This document shows positions 46,107-46,292 of a DNA stretch of 46,292 nt, piece after piece. This DNA comes from a virus, in IMG/VR virus record IMGVR_UViG_3300031464_000003, one strand, 5' to 3'. The position numbers and the translations under genes were made by a program. The notes below the pieces were generated by a model. It was not told the DNA's origin. It saw only the letters and a list, made by a program, of their open reading frames with translations, and ran no database searches. Within the stretch, counting starts at the first letter, position 1. Each line of letters starts with the position of its first letter.

Positions 46107-46292
46107 GCGTCATGGACATGGTGCGGGAGTTCCACGAGACATTCGGACTCCCGATCAGCGATGAGCCGCGCCTGCCGCTCTGGGAGCATGCGGAGTTTCG
46201 CCGCCGACTCCTCGATGAGGAGTTCTTCGAGTACGAGGCCGCGTCTTATGGCTTCTCGCTGGAGAAGATCGCGAACGCCCTCGCAGACATGG
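46103..46292 (+). CDS. MazG-like NTP pyrophosphohydrolase, 5' part (continues at nt 1-330 across the circular junction; about 130 aa in total)
   Basis: GTGA coupling, with SD GGGAGG 8 nt upstream. Begins VSVMDMVREFHETFGLPISDEPRLPLWEHAEFRRRLLDEE. Confidence 0.65.
   Translation, partial: MSVMDMVREFHETFGLPISDEPRLPLWEHAEFRRRLLDEEFFEYEAASYGFSLEKIANALADM
46166..46292. repeat. Terminal direct repeat, copy 2 (identical to 1-127)
   Basis: Exact 127/127 identity with the window start. Confidence 0.95.

Noticed and set aside
1-46292. Searched by eye for diversity-generating retroelement, retron, CRISPR, toxin-antitoxin pair or transposon content
   Set aside because: I recognised no reverse transcriptase, transposase, cas operon or clear two-gene TA pair. 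Only the type I-like mini-gene at 2.2 kb and a weak antitoxin-like C-terminal tail in 41485-41847 were noted.

Overview
The window is a complete, circularly assembled phage genome. The unit length is 46,165 bp, and nt 1-127 recur exactly at 46166-46292 inside one continuous ORF. It is visibly GC-rich (not computed) and looks like a temperate actinobacteriophage.

Layout:
(i) A rightward early/replication operon runs 38.0 kb -> junction -> 1.86 kb. It carries a Cas4-like exonuclease, a DnaB/RecA-like ATPase, a DnaG primase split over two overlapping frames, two MazG-like enzymes, a metallophosphoesterase and a sigma-factor-like protein.
(ii) A leftward block of about 20 small genes, including WhiB, runs 9.34 -> 2.22 kb. 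Its genes are separated by families of CTAG-flanked hairpins.
(iii) A 1.2-kb hairpin- and operator-rich gap (9.34-10.6 kb) contains a near-perfect sigma-70-type promoter.
(iv) A rightward virion/lysis operon runs 10.6 -> 34.3 kb. It carries TerL with a fused HTH, portal, a 1648-aa protein, an NlpC/P60 hydrolase, scaffold, capsid, an M15 endolysin, a holin and tail-fibre-like genes. No tape measure is present, so it looks podovirus-like.
(v) A lysogeny module (34.3-37.2 kb) carries a GntR-like regulator and a tyrosine integrase.
(vi) An 0.8-kb non-coding origin-like region (37.2-38.0 kb).

An RNA/accessory island (24.1-25.3 kb) interrupts the virion operon. It holds two aberrant tRNAs, a reverse-oriented membrane-protein moron, and the most striking element: an 80-nt RNA gene that has both conserved ends of tmRNA (tRNA-like domain, G3:U70, A73) but no mRNA-like domain.

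Other leads:
- two paralogous consensus promoters behind the same 18-bp palindromic operator
- a Z-DNA tract + 24% GC island + 3x40-bp iterons
- a G-quadruplex motif at a predicted transcription start
- a self-contained toxin-like mini-ORF unit

No rRNA, CRISPR array, transposase or reverse transcriptase was seen. All functional calls rest on motifs read by eye; no database search was possible.
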